The notes beneath the pieces were generated by a model that ran no database searches, was not told where the DNA came from, and saw only the letters and a program-made list of their open reading frames with translations. This document shows, in pieces, positions 5,737 through 6,066 of a stretch of DNA of 6,066 bases. This stretch comes from Paramicrosporidium saccamoebae KSL3 (lineage: Eukaryota; Fungi; Cryptomycota): assembly GCA_002794465.1 (NCBI GenBank), contig MTSL01000152.1:1-6066 (forward strand). Reading direction: 5' to 3'. Made by a program: the position numbers and the translations under genes. Numbering within the stretch: the stretch's first letter is position 1; the number at the start of each line of letters is the position of its first letter.

Positions 5737-6066
5737 ATGACCTCTGGACATTGTGACAGTATGGATGACCTGCGCATCACTGGCACTGGGTGGGGCGATG
5801 CCCCTGAAGAAACTACCCAAGTTCCCTATATAGAGAAAACCTGGAAGAAGGATGACGCAAGAAACGCCTACAATGAGCTTCAAGTGGCGCCCTCGCCAAA
5901 GAGTCAAACTGCAGATATGGATAGTTGGCAGGAGCCCCCCAGAAGCGGCGGAGCCCAGCCCTTACCGTACCCAACTGCGACTAAAGCTTGGGGACAACCG
6001 TCTCAGCAGCATGCAGCTGCTAACCAAAGTTGGGAATTGACGGAGCCAGCCAAGGGCTTTGAGCCC
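5737..6066 (+). CDS. 5' part of a hypothetical protein (110 codons, runs off the window); disordered N-terminus with spaced Trp motifs
   Basis: Manual translation: MTSGHCDSMDDLRITGTGWGDAPEETTQVPYIEKTWKKDDARNAYNELQVAPSPKSQTADMDSWQEPPRSGGAQPLPYPTATKAWGQPSQQHAAANQSWELTEPAKGFEP, with no stop before the window edge, which is presumably why the track omits it. An alternative start is the ATG at 5761. Confidence 0.62.
   Translation, partial: MTSGHCDSMDDLRITGTGWGDAPEETTQVPYIEKTWKKDDARNAYNELQVAPSPKSQTADMDSWQEPPRSGGAQPLPYPTATKAWGQPSQQHAAANQSWELTEPAKGFEP

Noticed and set aside
5668-5965. Minus-strand ORF 5668..5907, possibly spliced through a 57-nt GTAAGG...CTGCAG intron (5965..5909) to an upstream frame
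   Set aside because: It is in exact codon register with the plus-strand ORF from 5737, the usual shadow arrangement, starts at TTG, and has an antisense-like composition. Not fully excluded; strand-specific RNA-seq would decide.

Overview
Gene-dense eukaryotic DNA with no introns needed in the three complete genes; a compact fungal or Opisthosporidia-like genome is an inference from short intergenic gaps and AATAAA signals next to stop codons. The ORF track uses GTG/TTG starts, so I moved some starts to ATG. Four genes: (1) a NOP15/NIFK-type nucleolar RRM protein (604..29, minus); (2) an intact, very short SPO11 (1984..1004, minus); (3) head-to-head with SPO11, a 1156-aa signal-peptide-bearing Ser/Thr-rich protein (2169..5639, plus) built from five repeat blocks, none of which I recognise as a named family; (4) the 5' part of a plus-strand ORF missed by the track (5737..window end) with spaced Trp motifs. 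A 7-unit degenerate minisatellite (853..1034) begins inside the SPO11 coding tail and carries repeated AATAAA signals. I see no RNA genes, CRISPR arrays or mobile elements. I cannot demonstrate a new multi-gene system. The best leads are the secreted repeat protein with its unrecognised YYWSST-NG-STSW-GCH module, the SPO11 poly(A)-signal array, and the Trp-motif ORF.
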